Made by a program: the position numbers and the translations under genes. From contig CAWKPA010000001.1 in the NCBI GenBank assembly GCA_963851365.1, positions 40,390 through 104,389 on the forward strand: a stretch of 64,000 nucleotides of DNA. Reading direction: 5' to 3'. Origin of the DNA: an uncultured delta proteobacterium (GTDB taxonomy: Bacteria > Desulfobacterota > Binatia > DP-6). Shown piece after piece: positions 35,263 to 45,447 of this stretch (the first letter of the stretch is position 1; each line of letters opens with the position of its first letter). The notes below the pieces were generated by a model that saw only the letters and a list, made by a program, of their open reading frames with translations, did not search any database and was not told the DNA's origin.

Positions 35263-36521
35263 GCGCGGCCCCCCGCTTCCCGCGCCGCCGCGGCGCGCAG
35301 GCGCGCCATGCGGCGGCGCGAGCGACCGTACTCGCCGCAGAGGCCGGCGACGCCGCCCGCGAGTTCGGCCAGCACCAACTCGACCGGCGGCGCCTCGGCG
35401 CCGCGCACCCGGCGCACGAGGAGTCGCGCGCCGCGGCTGAACCACCAGGTCACCAGGCTGCGGAACGAGGCGCGCTGCTCGGGCTCGGCCGCGTACGACT
35501 TGCCGACGAACGCCATCAGGCCGAGTCCCCAGGTCCAGAGCTGGCGGCGCAGCCCCGCCCAGTCGCGACGATGTTCGTGCAGCACGAGGCACCGGGGCTC
35601 CATCACGATGGCGTGCCCGGCCCGCACCACGCGGTAGAAGGCGTCGAGGTCGCCGCCGCCCGGCAGCGTCGGGCCAGTGTCGAGCGCCTCGTCGAACCCG
35701 CCCAACGCTACCAGCATGTCGCGCCGGAACGCCATGTTGCAGCCCGTGCCGAACACACCGGGGCCGCAGGGATACACCGGATTTCCGGGCAGCGTGCGCC
35801 CGAACCGCACGCGCTGGAAACCCCGGCGGAACCCGCCGAGGCGTTCGAACTCGACCTGCGCGCGGGTGGCCAGCTCCAGCGGCAGCACGGGGCCCGTCAC
35901 GCCCGCCGCCTCGGGATGCGCCGCCAGCGCCTCGGCGAAGCCGAGAAGCCAGCCGGGATCGACCACGACGTCGTCGTCGAAGTACGCGACGAAGTCGCCG
36001 GTCGCTTCGCGCAGCCCCCGGTTGCGCGCGACGTCGAGGCCAGCCACGGGCTCGCAGGTGTAGCGGACGTCCTGGACCCGGGCGACGGCGTCTCGCGTAC
36101 GGGCGTCGGCCGGCGCGTTGTCGACCACCAGGATCTCGAGCGGCGGCATGCCCGCCGCACCGCGCTGGCGGAGCGCCACGAGCGACGCCAGGCAGCGGGC
36201 GAGCCGCTCCGGCCGGTCGCGCGTGCAGACGACGGCGGTCACGCGCGGCGGCGGGTCGGTCGGCCCCGCGGCGGCCGGCGCGGAGAGTTCACGCCGGATC
36301 CGCTCCTCGAGCACGGCGCGACGTTCCGCCGGTCCGAGCAGGCGCGCCACCGCATCCGGTCCCAGGCGGGCTCCGCGCGGCAGCTCCCGCAGGACGAACG
36401 CCACCGGCAGGTCGTGGACGCGGACGGTGAGTCCCAGGCCGGTCTCGCCGTCGTCGAGCGCGATCTCCGGCAGCGGCCGCGCCACGTCCACGGTCGCGAG
36501 TCGATAGCGCTCCTCGGTCAT
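35259..36521 (-). CDS. glycosyltransferase family 2 with ~130-aa N-terminal extension (paralog of 33871..35262)
   Basis: AVVCTRDRPERL..ILVVDNAPADA..AYFDDDVVVDPGWL. ATG overlaps the ABC gene stop (ATGA at 36518-36521). Confidence 0.8.
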   Translation of the reverse strand: MTEERYRLATVDVARPLPEIALDDGETGLGLTVRVHDLPVAFVLRELPRGARLGPDAVARLLGPAERRAVLEERIRRELSAPAAAGPTDPPPRVTAVVCTRDRPERLARCLASLVALRQRGAAGMPPLEILVVDNAPADARTRDAVARVQDVRYTCEPVAGLDVARNRGLREATGDFVAYFDDDVVVDPGWLLGFAEALAAHPEAAGVTGPVLPLELATRAQVEFERLGGFRRGFQRVRFGRTLPGNPVYPCGPGVFGTGCNMAFRRDMLVALGGFDEALDTGPTLPGGGDLDAFYRVVRAGHAIVMEPRCLVLHEHRRDWAGLRRQLWTWGLGLMAFVGKSYAAEPEQRASFRSLVTWWFSRGARLLVRRVRGAEAPPVELVLAELAGGVAGLCGEYGRSRRRMARLRAAAAREAGGRA

Positions 36522-38326
36522 GCGGCGCCCGCACCGCCCCGGGCGTAGAGGCGCCGGAACGGCCCGTCGCGCTCCAGCAGCGCGGCTACTCCCCCCTGCT
36601 CGGCCACCCGCCCCCGCTCCAGCACGACGACGTGGTCGGCGTCGAGGATGGTGTCGAGCCGGTGCGCCACGATGACCACCGTGCACTCGCCGCGCACGGC
36701 GTCGATCGAGCGTTGCACCAGGTGCTCGGACACGCCGTCGAGCGCGTTGGTGGCTTCGTCCAGGATGAGTAGCTCGGGGCGACGCACGAAGGCGCGCGCC
36801 AGCGCGATGCGCTGGCGCTGCCCGCCGGACAGGCGCACGCCCCGATCGCCGACGACGGTGGCGTATCCGTCCGGCAGCTCGGCGACGAACTCGTGCGCGT
36901 TCGCCGCGCGCGCGGCCGCTTCGATCTCGGCGTCGCCGGCCCCGCGCCGCCCGTAGGCGATGTTATCCCGGATGCTCGCATTGAACAGGAAGACGTCCTG
37001 ACCGACGTACCCGAGACGCGTCCGCCAGCCGAACGGATCCAGGTCGGCGAGCGGTACGCCGTCGATCAGGATCGCTCCCGCATCGGGTTCGTAGAACCCG
37101 CACAGCAGGTGGAGCAACGTGGTCTTCCCCGCCCCCGACGCGCCGACGACGGCGGTCACCGCGCCGCGGGCGATCCGGAAGGAGACGTCGTCCAGCGCGA
37201 ACCTCGCCTCCCCCGCATGGCGGAAGCAGACGTGATCGAACGCCACGCCGTCCCGCAGCGGGGCGGGCGCGCCCCGCGCCGGCCGGCGTTCGCCGGGCGC
37301 CGCGGCGGCGTCCGGAGCCGCCTCGACGAACGCGCGCACGTCCCGGACCGCTCCCAACAGGCCCAGGAGCGCCGTGCGCTCCGTCTCGAACGCGTGGAGC
37401 TGCGGCTGGAGCCGGTACACGAGGACCGCGAAGGCGAGAAGCGCCGGGAGGGCGGCCGGGTCGCGCAGCGCCAGGACGAGAATACCGAGGACCAGGGCCG
37501 CGTGCAGCGTCTCGGTGAGGGGGCCCGTGAAGCCGGCGAGGACGTCCAACCGCAGAAACGTGCGTCGCACGGCGTCGGATGCCGCGCCGAACCGGCGCCG
37601 CTCGTGGTCGACGGCGTCGAACGCCCGCACGGTCCGCATGCCGGCGAGCGCCTCCCACATCCGCTCGCCCAGCCGCGCGTTCGCCTCCACCGCGTCGCGG
37701 CCGGCGGCCCGCGCGCCGCCGGCCACCCAGCGTACGAACTCCGACACCGCCGCCACGCCGAGCAGCAGGATGAGGGTCAGGCGCCACGAGATCGACAGGA
37801 GCAGCGCGACGAAGACCGTGACGGTGCAGAGCCGGACCAGCATGCCGAGGCAGAGCGTCACGGCCTGGGCGGCACGCCAGGACTCGGTGGCGACGAGCGA
37901 GAGCAGCGTCCCGGGGTCGGCGCGCTCGAACTCCGCCATCGGCATCGTCACCAGCCGGTCGAAGATCCGCGCCCGGAGCCGCGCCCCCGCAGTCCCGACC
38001 ACGCGCGACACCAGCACGCGGTTCGCGAACATCAAGCCGTTCTTGAGGGCGATCGCACCCAGCATCACGAGCGGCAGGACGACCAGCCGGCGCTCCGCCG
38101 GGACCCATGCCACCAGCCGCGCCAGCGGTGCGGGCAGCCCGTCGGCGCCGGTGCCCGGCGCGACCGCCTGCACCAGCGGGATGAAGAGCGTGATCCCGAT
38201 GCCCTCGGCGGCCGAGGCCACGATCCCGAGGCCGACGATGGCGGCCGTGGCCAGCGGCGACGCGGTCAGGATCGGTTGCAGGAGTCGGAGCGCGGCGAGC
38301 GGCGGAAGCCGGTCGCGGTCGCTCAT
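36518..38326 (-). CDS. fused ABC exporter (6-TM permease + ATPase, MsbA/NdvA-like)
   Basis: Walker A GASGAGKTT, signature LSGGQRQR, Walker B LLILDEATNALD. N-terminal TM domain. ATG overlaps the synthase stop (ATGA at 38323-38326). Confidence 0.9.
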   Translation of the reverse strand: MSDRDRLPPLAALRLLQPILTASPLATAAIVGLGIVASAAEGIGITLFIPLVQAVAPGTGADGLPAPLARLVAWVPAERRLVVLPLVMLGAIALKNGLMFANRVLVSRVVGTAGARLRARIFDRLVTMPMAEFERADPGTLLSLVATESWRAAQAVTLCLGMLVRLCTVTVFVALLLSISWRLTLILLLGVAAVSEFVRWVAGGARAAGRDAVEANARLGERMWEALAGMRTVRAFDAVDHERRRFGAASDAVRRTFLRLDVLAGFTGPLTETLHAALVLGILVLALRDPAALPALLAFAVLVYRLQPQLHAFETERTALLGLLGAVRDVRAFVEAAPDAAAAPGERRPARGAPAPLRDGVAFDHVCFRHAGEARFALDDVSFRIARGAVTAVVGASGAGKTTLLHLLCGFYEPDAGAILIDGVPLADLDPFGWRTRLGYVGQDVFLFNASIRDNIAYGRRGAGDAEIEAAARAANAHEFVAELPDGYATVVGDRGVRLSGGQRQRIALARAFVRRPELLILDEATNALDGVSEHLVQRSIDAVRGECTVVIVAHRLDTILDADHVVVLERGRVAEQGGVAALLERDGPFRRLYARGGAGAA

Positions 38327-39867
38327 GGGCGCAACGCCGCCGCGACCGCATACGCCTGCACGGCGATGGCCGCGACCGCGAAGGCCATCGTCAGGGCCAG
38401 GTGCAGCCCGATCGGCTCGCCCACCCGCATGAGGAGCCCCATCGCGAGCACGACGATCATCGCGATCTGCGCGACGACCAGGCGCGGGTGGGCTTCGGCG
38501 ATCCGCCGCTTCGGGGTCGCGATGTGCGGCAGCGGCAAGCGCAGCAGCGCCCGCACGAGCCCCCCGGTCGAAACCGGCCACAGCGCGAGCGCGAGGGTGT
38601 AGCCGCGCCACTTGAACCCCACGGCGTCGGTCTGCACGTTCCAGAGGTCGTTCGCCAGGGCCCGCACTCCGACCACCGCCACCCCCAGGGGAAGGCAGCG
38701 CAGCAGGTACGAGCCGAACGCTCCGACGGCCGCCGTGCTGCCCGCGCACAGCACCCACACCGCGAGCAGCGCGTGCACGGCGAACACCGGGCCGACCAGA
38801 TAGTAGGTGCACCGCACCAGGTAGGCGATACGCTGTGGCCACGTGAGGGACCGCCACGCCCGCGGGTAGACGTCGAACAGGATCCCGAACACGCCCCGCG
38901 CCCACTTGCGCTGCTGCATCGTGAAGGCCCGGAGATCGGTCGGCACCAGACCCGCCGCGTGCACGTCCGGCAGGTAGCGCGTGCGCCAGCCGGCGGCGTG
39001 GAGGCGGAGCGAGGTGTGGAGATCCTCGGCGAGCCCGGACTGGTAGCCCCCGATGGCGTCCAGCGCCGCACGCCGGAAGGTGGTGTGGCTCCCCCAGATC
39101 GGGGCGGCGCCGCAGCCGTCCATGCCCATCGAGGCCGGCCCGTAGAAGTCGTACGACTGCTCGACGGTGGCGCGCGACACCAGGGAGTCGTCACGGTTGT
39201 GGAAGGCGACCGCCCCCTGCACGGAGGCGATCGCCGGATCGTCGAACCCGCCGAGCACGGCGTCGAGAAAATCGGGGGCTGGCAGGTGATCCGTGTCGAA
39301 GATGGCGACGAACTCGCCTGAGGTCCGCGCGAGCGCGGCGTTGACGTTGCCCGCCTTCGCGTCGGCGTGGCCGTCGCGTGTCAAGTAGCCAACGTCGAGT
39401 TCCGCCGCGAGCGCGGCGAACCGCGCATCCCCCGAGTCGTCGAGGAGGTAGGTGCGGTGCGGATAGCGCATGGCGCGCAAGGCGTGCAGGCTCTGCGCCG
39501 CCAGCTCGAGGGACTCGTCGTACACGGGCACGAAAACGTCGACGGACAGGCCTGGCGGCGCCGGCGGCGTCGTGGGGACCGCGATCGCATCGTACACGTA
39601 CCAGGCCAGCACGACCTGCAGCCCGACGAAGCCCGCCGCGAGCAAGAGCCCGGCAGCCAGCATGGGATGGCTCAGGTGGCCGTCATCGAACCACCAGCTG
39701 AAGTACACCCCGATCGCGACCGCGCCGGCAGCCATGGCTGCCCGCAGCGCGCGGCGCCGCGCCGCCGGCGTGAGCGGCAACGACGGCCGGACCTCCGGCA
39801 GCGCCACGACTTCCGGACCGCTGGACGGGACATCCTCCCGATCGAAACTGGAGAGTGGATGATTCAC
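38323..39867 (-). CDS. processive family-2 glycosyltransferase (cellulose/chitin/NodC-type synthase, QxxRW)
   Basis: VFVPVYDE, LLDDSGD, AIFDTDH, GSHTTFRR..AEDLHTS and QQRKWARG (QxxRW), flanked by TM helices. GTG start preceded by GAGGAGG. Confidence 0.85.
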   Translation of the reverse strand: MNHPLSSFDREDVPSSGPEVVALPEVRPSLPLTPAARRRALRAAMAAGAVAIGVYFSWWFDDGHLSHPMLAAGLLLAAGFVGLQVVLAWYVYDAIAVPTTPPAPPGLSVDVFVPVYDESLELAAQSLHALRAMRYPHRTYLLDDSGDARFAALAAELDVGYLTRDGHADAKAGNVNAALARTSGEFVAIFDTDHLPAPDFLDAVLGGFDDPAIASVQGAVAFHNRDDSLVSRATVEQSYDFYGPASMGMDGCGAAPIWGSHTTFRRAALDAIGGYQSGLAEDLHTSLRLHAAGWRTRYLPDVHAAGLVPTDLRAFTMQQRKWARGVFGILFDVYPRAWRSLTWPQRIAYLVRCTYYLVGPVFAVHALLAVWVLCAGSTAAVGAFGSYLLRCLPLGVAVVGVRALANDLWNVQTDAVGFKWRGYTLALALWPVSTGGLVRALLRLPLPHIATPKRRIAEAHPRLVVAQIAMIVVLAMGLLMRVGEPIGLHLALTMAFAVAAIAVQAYAVAAALRP

Positions 39868-40012
39868 GACGATCCCCGCCTCCTCATGCCACGATGCCGA
39901 CGCAAGACCCAGCCCATTCCGTCACGTCCCGTGTCTCCCCAGGACGCCGTTCGTCACCCAACCTTCGGCGAATGAGCCGTCGCGTATAGCATGAATGCCC
40001 GCATGCGGGGAC

Positions 40013-41848
40013 TCAGCCGTTCCAAAGGGCGTCGCGCAGGCCCGACGACCGTTCCACCCGGGCCAGGACCCCGGCGCGTACCACCGCCTCCCCACCCCAG
40101 ACCTCGACGTGCGCCCGGGCCCGGGTGAGCGCCGTGTACAGCAGCTCGCGGGTCACCACGCGGGAGGGCTCGGCCGGGAGGAGCAGCAGCACCCGGTCGA
40201 ACTCCGAGCCCTGGCTCTTGTGCACCGTCATGGCGAACACCGTCTCGTGGGGCGGAAGGCGGGCGGGCGAGACGAACCGCACCCCGCCATCGGCCGCGGG
40301 AAACGCCACCGCCAGCCGGCCGGAATCCCGCGACTCGGGCAGCACGATGCCGACATCGCCGTTGGCGAGCCGAAGCCCGTGATCGTTGCGCGTCACCAGC
40401 ACCGGCCGCCCCACGTACCACGGCGCCGCGGTGCGGAGCAGGCCGCGGGTCTCCAGCGCCTCCTCGACCAACCGGTTCATGCCGGTGACACCGGAGCCAC
40501 CCGTCCGATGTGCGCACAGGATGCGGAAGCGGTCGAACGCGTCGAACACCTCCGGCGGCGGCGCGCCCGCGGCGACGGCGCGGAGGTACGGCGCGAAGCC
40601 CTCGACGGACGAGTGCGCCAGTCGCGCGCGGGCGGCGCGCGCATCCGCGATCGCCTGCCACCCGACGTCGCCGGACGGGGACGCGAGCACTCGGCAGGCC
40701 GCGTCCGGGTCACCCGCGTTCACCGCCGCCGCCAGTCGCGCGATACCGCTGTCGGCCGCGAAGCGGCGACTGTGACGCAGCGCGACGACCACGTCGCGGA
40801 GCGGGGACCCGGCGGCAGCCGAGCCCGCGGGCACCGCTTCGCCCACCACGGATCCGACCGTGGCTGCGAATGCCGGCGAGAAACCGGGCGCATCCCCGCA
40901 GACATCGCCGAGCACGGCCCCGGCCTCGACCGAGGCGAGCTGATCCTTGTCTCCGAGCAGCACGAGTCTGGCCTCGGGCCGCAGCGCACCCACCAGCTTC
41001 GCCATCAACGCCAGATCGACCATCGACGCCTCGTCGACGACCACGACGTCCGCGCGGAGCGGCCGCTCGCGGTCGACGCCCGCGCGGGTGGAGTCCGGCC
41101 GCAGGCGCAGCAGCCGGTGCAGGGTGGAGGCGCGCTCCGGGATGGCGGCGCGCCACCGCGCCGGGACGTCAGCACGACCCGCCCGGACCGCCGCTTCGAG
41201 GCGTGCCGCCGCCTTGCCCGTCGGCGCCGCCAGCTCGACCACGGGCGCCGCGTCGCCCGCGGCGGCGAGCAACGCCAGCAGGCGTACGACGGTGCTGGTC
41301 TTGCCGGTGCCCGGCCCACCCGAGACGACGCAGAGGCCGCGCAGCGCAGCGGCCGCCGCGGCGACGCGCTGTCTGTCGGGCACCGGCCCCGTCGGATCGC
41401 GCGGCCAGACCGCCTCCAACGCGGCCCGCGCCGCGCCCGGCTCGATACCCGTGCCGACGGCGGCGCGACGACGCAGGTCCTCCGCCACGTCGCGCTCGTA
41501 GCGCCAGTAGCGACGCAGGTAGAGACGTCCCGCCGCGTCGAGCACCAGCGGCGTGTCGTCGTCCGGCCCGCCGACCACCGCGGTCGCACGCAAGAGCGCC
41601 GTCCAGCGCGCCAGATCGGGCGTGATCGGAGCCCCGGGGACGCCGGCCATCAGCGGCCCGCCGGCCACGCGCGCCAGGTCGACGCAGACGTGCCCCGCGC
41701 CGGTGCGCTGGCTCGCCAGCGCCACCGCGAACACGAGGGCGTCCGGCGCATCGCCGGCCAGCCGCCCGAGCGTCTCGGCGAGATGCACGTCGAGATCGCC
41801 GAGGGCGCCTGCGGCGCGGAGGGCGTCGAGCTGTGCGCGGGCCGTCAC
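40013..41848 (-). CDS. recD: exodeoxyribonuclease V alpha subunit
   Basis: VVSGGPGTGKTST, VVVDEASMVD and a C-terminal AMTVHKSQGSEF..LLYTALTRAR. GTG overlaps the recB stop (GTGA). Confidence 0.9.
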   Translation of the reverse strand: MTARAQLDALRAAGALGDLDVHLAETLGRLAGDAPDALVFAVALASQRTGAGHVCVDLARVAGGPLMAGVPGAPITPDLARWTALLRATAVVGGPDDDTPLVLDAAGRLYLRRYWRYERDVAEDLRRRAAVGTGIEPGAARAALEAVWPRDPTGPVPDRQRVAAAAAALRGLCVVSGGPGTGKTSTVVRLLALLAAAGDAAPVVELAAPTGKAAARLEAAVRAGRADVPARWRAAIPERASTLHRLLRLRPDSTRAGVDRERPLRADVVVVDEASMVDLALMAKLVGALRPEARLVLLGDKDQLASVEAGAVLGDVCGDAPGFSPAFAATVGSVVGEAVPAGSAAAGSPLRDVVVALRHSRRFAADSGIARLAAAVNAGDPDAACRVLASPSGDVGWQAIADARAARARLAHSSVEGFAPYLRAVAAGAPPPEVFDAFDRFRILCAHRTGGSGVTGMNRLVEEALETRGLLRTAAPWYVGRPVLVTRNDHGLRLANGDVGIVLPESRDSGRLAVAFPAADGGVRFVSPARLPPHETVFAMTVHKSQGSEFDRVLLLLPAEPSRVVTRELLYTALTRARAHVEVWGGEAVVRAGVLARVERSSGLRDALWNG

Positions 41849-44800
41849 GACGCGTCCGCGATCCAGGCGTCGAGCGCCGCCACCAGTGCCGCCGGAGGGC
41901 GGTCGTGGAAGACGCCGCACCCGGCGGCACCCCCGGCGGCCACGCCGCGCAGGAAGAGGTAGAACACGCCGCCGACGTGCCGGTCGTAGTCGTAGTCGGG
42001 CACGCGCAGCCGCAGCAGCCGGTGCAGCACCACGGTGTAGATGAGGTACTGGAGCCAGTAGTGCTCGCGCGCGATCGCCGCCGGCAAGCACGCCGCCTCG
42101 TAGTCGGCCACGGCGGGTCCGAGCCAGTTGGATTTCCAGTCGATCAGCCAGAACCGGCCGTCCGCTTGGAACACCAGATCGACATAGCCGCGCATGAAGC
42201 CCCGCACCGCCCCGAACGCGAGCCCGGCGATCGACTCGTCGAAGGCGCCGCCACCGAACGCGTGAGCGCGCAGCACCGCCTGCAGCCCCGCCGCGTCGAA
42301 GCGAGCGAGCGGGTACGTGAACTCGAGTTCGTCGAGGCGCGCGGTGCGGGGCACGCCGGCGAGCCGCACCCGGCCGGCCGCGTCGAGGGGCGTGTGTCCC
42401 ACGCGGACGACCATGTCCTCCACCACGGATGTCCACGCCGCGTCGAAGCCGAAACGGTCCAGCTCGCTCGCGACGACCGCGCGCCGGGGCGCCGGGTCCG
42501 GGTCGGCGAAATCGACGTGCTCGAGAACGGCATGCAGGCAGCGGCCGGCGCGGGCGCCGCGGGGAAAGGTGAAGATGGTGCGTGTCTCCTCGCGGGCATC
42601 CGTCTCCGGGGACGGCAGACGGACGGCGTCGTGGTCCGGGCCCTCGTCGCCGCGGTCGGCGAGGAGGCCGCTGAAGCTCGTCGAGCGCCACCCCCACTGC
42701 ACCGGCCGGCGCACGGGCCGCGCCGCCAGCGGCGGCGCCGCCTCCATCCCGGCGAGCGCCGCGCCGGCCCGTCCGTCGGGCAACGGGTCGACGCGGATCG
42801 TGCCGCCGCTGCGCCCGACCAGGGCGTCCAGCTCGCGGCGGAGGTCGGCGTCGCGCATGCCATTGCGCGCCGCCTTGAGGGCTCCGACGGTTTCCTCGGT
42901 GCCCGCGGCGTGGAGGAGCCAGAACGGCGCCGCGGTATGCGAGTCGCCCGTCGCCCCCCAGGCGATGGTGCAGCGATGCACCGCGCGGGTGACCGCGACG
43001 TAGAAGAGTCGGAGTTGCTCCGCCAGCTCCTCTCGGCAGGCCTGCATGCGCAGCGGGCTGTCGGACGGCGCCTCCAGCTCGAGCGTCGGCTGATCGCCGG
43101 CCGCCGCGTCATGGCACACCACGTCCCGTTCGACCCGCTGATCGAGGGCGAAGAGCCGGCCATCCCACACGAAGGGACAGAACACGATCGGATACTCGAG
43201 CCCTTTGCTCTTGTGCACGGTGACGATCTTGACCACGTGCTCGTCGCTCTCGAGGCGCAGTTGCTGTTCCTCGGTTTCCGGCCGGTCGTCGGCGGCGCGG
43301 ACCGCCATCCACTGCACCAGCGCGTCGAGGCCCCGCGGATGCCGGGTCGCCTCGTCCTGCAGCAGCTCGGCAAGGTGCAGCAGGTTGGTGAGGCGGCGTT
43401 CGCCGTCCGTATACGCGAGCAGGCGGCCTGCCACACCCAGCTCCGCACACAGCTCGCGGCACATCGGTCCGATCCCCTGCGCACGCCACACGTCGTGGAA
43501 ACGGTGGAACGCGTCCACTCGCGCGGTCCACCGCTGGTCGTCGTCGAGCAGCGCGAGCAGCTCCTCGCCCGCTACGCCGAGCAGCTCGGTGCCGAGCGCG
43601 GCGCGGACGGCCGTTTCGCGCCCGGGCTCGGCGACTGCCAGCAGCACGCGACGGAGCTGTTCCGCCTCTCGGCTGGCGAACACGCTGTCCTCCGCATGCT
43701 GCACGCTGGCCACCCCCCGCCGCGCCAGGGCGGCGGCCACCAGGCGCGCCTGGACATGCGTGCGCACCAACACGGCGATGTCGCTGCCTTCGAGCGGGCG
43801 CAGGACGCCGTCGGGGCCGGGCAGATGCGCCTTCCGCTCGCGCCCGAGCCGGAGCAGGCGTACGATCTCCGCCGCGGTGGCTCGCGCGACCCGGTGCGCC
43901 GCCTCGCCCTTGGCGAGCACCCTGCGCTCGTCCTCACGCTCGAGGAACCAGATGCGAAGCGGCTCCGGCGGGTCGCCCTCGATGACGAGCGCCGCACCGG
44001 TTCGCGCCGCCTCGGCCGGCAGGAACGGGATGCGATCGAGCAGGAACGGGCGCGGCGCGCGCGTGAACAGCGCGTTGACGGCGGCGATCAAGCCCGGCTC
44101 GGAGCGCCAGTTGTGAATCAGATCATGCCGCGCGGCGGCGGCGTCACGCGCCTCCAGGTAGGCGTACACGTCCGCCCCGCGAAAGCGGTAGATCGCCTGC
44201 TTCGGATCCCCGACGATGAACACCGGGGCACCCGCCTCCACCCAGATGCCGCGCACGATGTCATACTGCACGGGGTCGGTGTCCTGGAACTCGTCCACCA
44301 GCGCCACGCGCCAGCGCGTCCGGAGCCGCGCCGCCAGCTCCGCCCCGCGCGGCCGCGCGAGCGCGGCGCGCAGCGCGAGCAGCAGATCGTCGAACGACTG
44401 GACGCGCGCCCGGCGCTTGCGCGCCGCCAGAACGACGCGGGCCTCGCGCAGGAGATCGGTCTTGAAGGCGCGCAGCCCGTCCGCCACCTCCGCGTCCGCG
44501 GCGGCCACCGCCGCGAGAAGCGCGCCCACGTGGTCGAGCACCGCGTGCCCGCGCGGCGCCACGCCCTTCTTCCAGGCACCCGCGACGCGCGCGGGCGCCA
44601 CGGCTTCGAGCGGCTTCCGCATGAGGCGCACGTCCGGCAGCTCCCCACGCAGCGCGGTGTCGACCCGACGCAGCATGTCGGGCACGGCCGCAGCCTTGAA
44701 CTTGCCCTTGTGGATGCCGTCGTCGAGCAGGATGGCCGCGAGGTCGTCGCGCGCCGCGGGCCAGGCGGCGCGCAAGCCGGTCCACGCCGCCATCACCAGC

Positions 44801-45447
44801 GCGCCCGCGACGTCCGTCTGCACCACGTCGGGGTGCGCGAGCCGCAGGTCGGGCCGACCCAGGTGCGGCGCGATCGCCGTCGCGAGCCGATCCGGGGACT
44901 GGCGCAGGTCCACCAGGTGCTGCGCGAACAGCCAGGAGGCGGTCGTGACGCGCCGGCGCCAGACGTCGTCCACCGCTTCCTGCAGGAGGTCCCGCACGTC
45001 GGCGACCAGCTCGGCCTCGAACGGGAGACCGGTGGCGAACGGGTGCTCGGCGAGTGCCCGCTGGCAGAACCCGTGGATGGTGTGGATCGACGCCAGGTCG
45101 AAATCGGCGAGGGCCCGTTCGACGCGCCGCCTCGCCGCCTCGCGGTCGACCACGCCCGCCAGCAGGTCGGACACGAGGTCGCCGGCCGGCGCGCCGTCGC
45201 GCAGCGCGCTCAGCACGGTCTCGAGGAGTGTCCGGACGCGGTCGCGCAGCTCCTTGGTGGCCGCCACGGTGTAGGTCACCACCAGGATCTGGTCGATCGG
45301 GACGCCGGCCTCCATCACCAGGCGCAGGAACAACCCGGTGATGGTGCGCGTCTTGCCGGTGCCGGCGCTCGCTTCGATCACCTGCATGCCGCCGTCGAGC
45401 GGCACCGCGCGCAGGTCGAGCGGTCGTGGCGCGGGCGCGGCGGTCAT
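41845..45447 (-). CDS. recB: exodeoxyribonuclease V beta subunit
   Basis: IEASAGTGKTRTI, LVDEFQDTD and the C-terminal nuclease motif GYVDLVFQADGRFWLIDWKSNWLG. 1200 aa. Confidence 0.95.
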   Translation of the reverse strand: MTAAPAPRPLDLRAVPLDGGMQVIEASAGTGKTRTITGLFLRLVMEAGVPIDQILVVTYTVAATKELRDRVRTLLETVLSALRDGAPAGDLVSDLLAGVVDREAARRRVERALADFDLASIHTIHGFCQRALAEHPFATGLPFEAELVADVRDLLQEAVDDVWRRRVTTASWLFAQHLVDLRQSPDRLATAIAPHLGRPDLRLAHPDVVQTDVAGALVMAAWTGLRAAWPAARDDLAAILLDDGIHKGKFKAAAVPDMLRRVDTALRGELPDVRLMRKPLEAVAPARVAGAWKKGVAPRGHAVLDHVGALLAAVAAADAEVADGLRAFKTDLLREARVVLAARKRRARVQSFDDLLLALRAALARPRGAELAARLRTRWRVALVDEFQDTDPVQYDIVRGIWVEAGAPVFIVGDPKQAIYRFRGADVYAYLEARDAAAARHDLIHNWRSEPGLIAAVNALFTRAPRPFLLDRIPFLPAEAARTGAALVIEGDPPEPLRIWFLEREDERRVLAKGEAAHRVARATAAEIVRLLRLGRERKAHLPGPDGVLRPLEGSDIAVLVRTHVQARLVAAALARRGVASVQHAEDSVFASREAEQLRRVLLAVAEPGRETAVRAALGTELLGVAGEELLALLDDDQRWTARVDAFHRFHDVWRAQGIGPMCRELCAELGVAGRLLAYTDGERRLTNLLHLAELLQDEATRHPRGLDALVQWMAVRAADDRPETEEQQLRLESDEHVVKIVTVHKSKGLEYPIVFCPFVWDGRLFALDQRVERDVVCHDAAAGDQPTLELEAPSDSPLRMQACREELAEQLRLFYVAVTRAVHRCTIAWGATGDSHTAAPFWLLHAAGTEETVGALKAARNGMRDADLRRELDALVGRSGGTIRVDPLPDGRAGAALAGMEAAPPLAARPVRRPVQWGWRSTSFSGLLADRGDEGPDHDAVRLPSPETDAREETRTIFTFPRGARAGRCLHAVLEHVDFADPDPAPRRAVVASELDRFGFDAAWTSVVEDMVVRVGHTPLDAAGRVRLAGVPRTARLDELEFTYPLARFDAAGLQAVLRAHAFGGGAFDESIAGLAFGAVRGFMRGYVDLVFQADGRFWLIDWKSNWLGPAVADYEAACLPAAIAREHYWLQYLIYTVVLHRLLRLRVPDYDYDRHVGGVFYLFLRGVAAGGAAGCGVFHDRPPAALVAALDAWIADAS

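Noticed and set aside
39998-40009. CCCGCATGCGGG palindrome just after the recD stop, as an intrinsic terminator
   Set aside because: After allowing for a loop, only about 4 bp of stem remain, and no U-tract follows. This is too weak to call.
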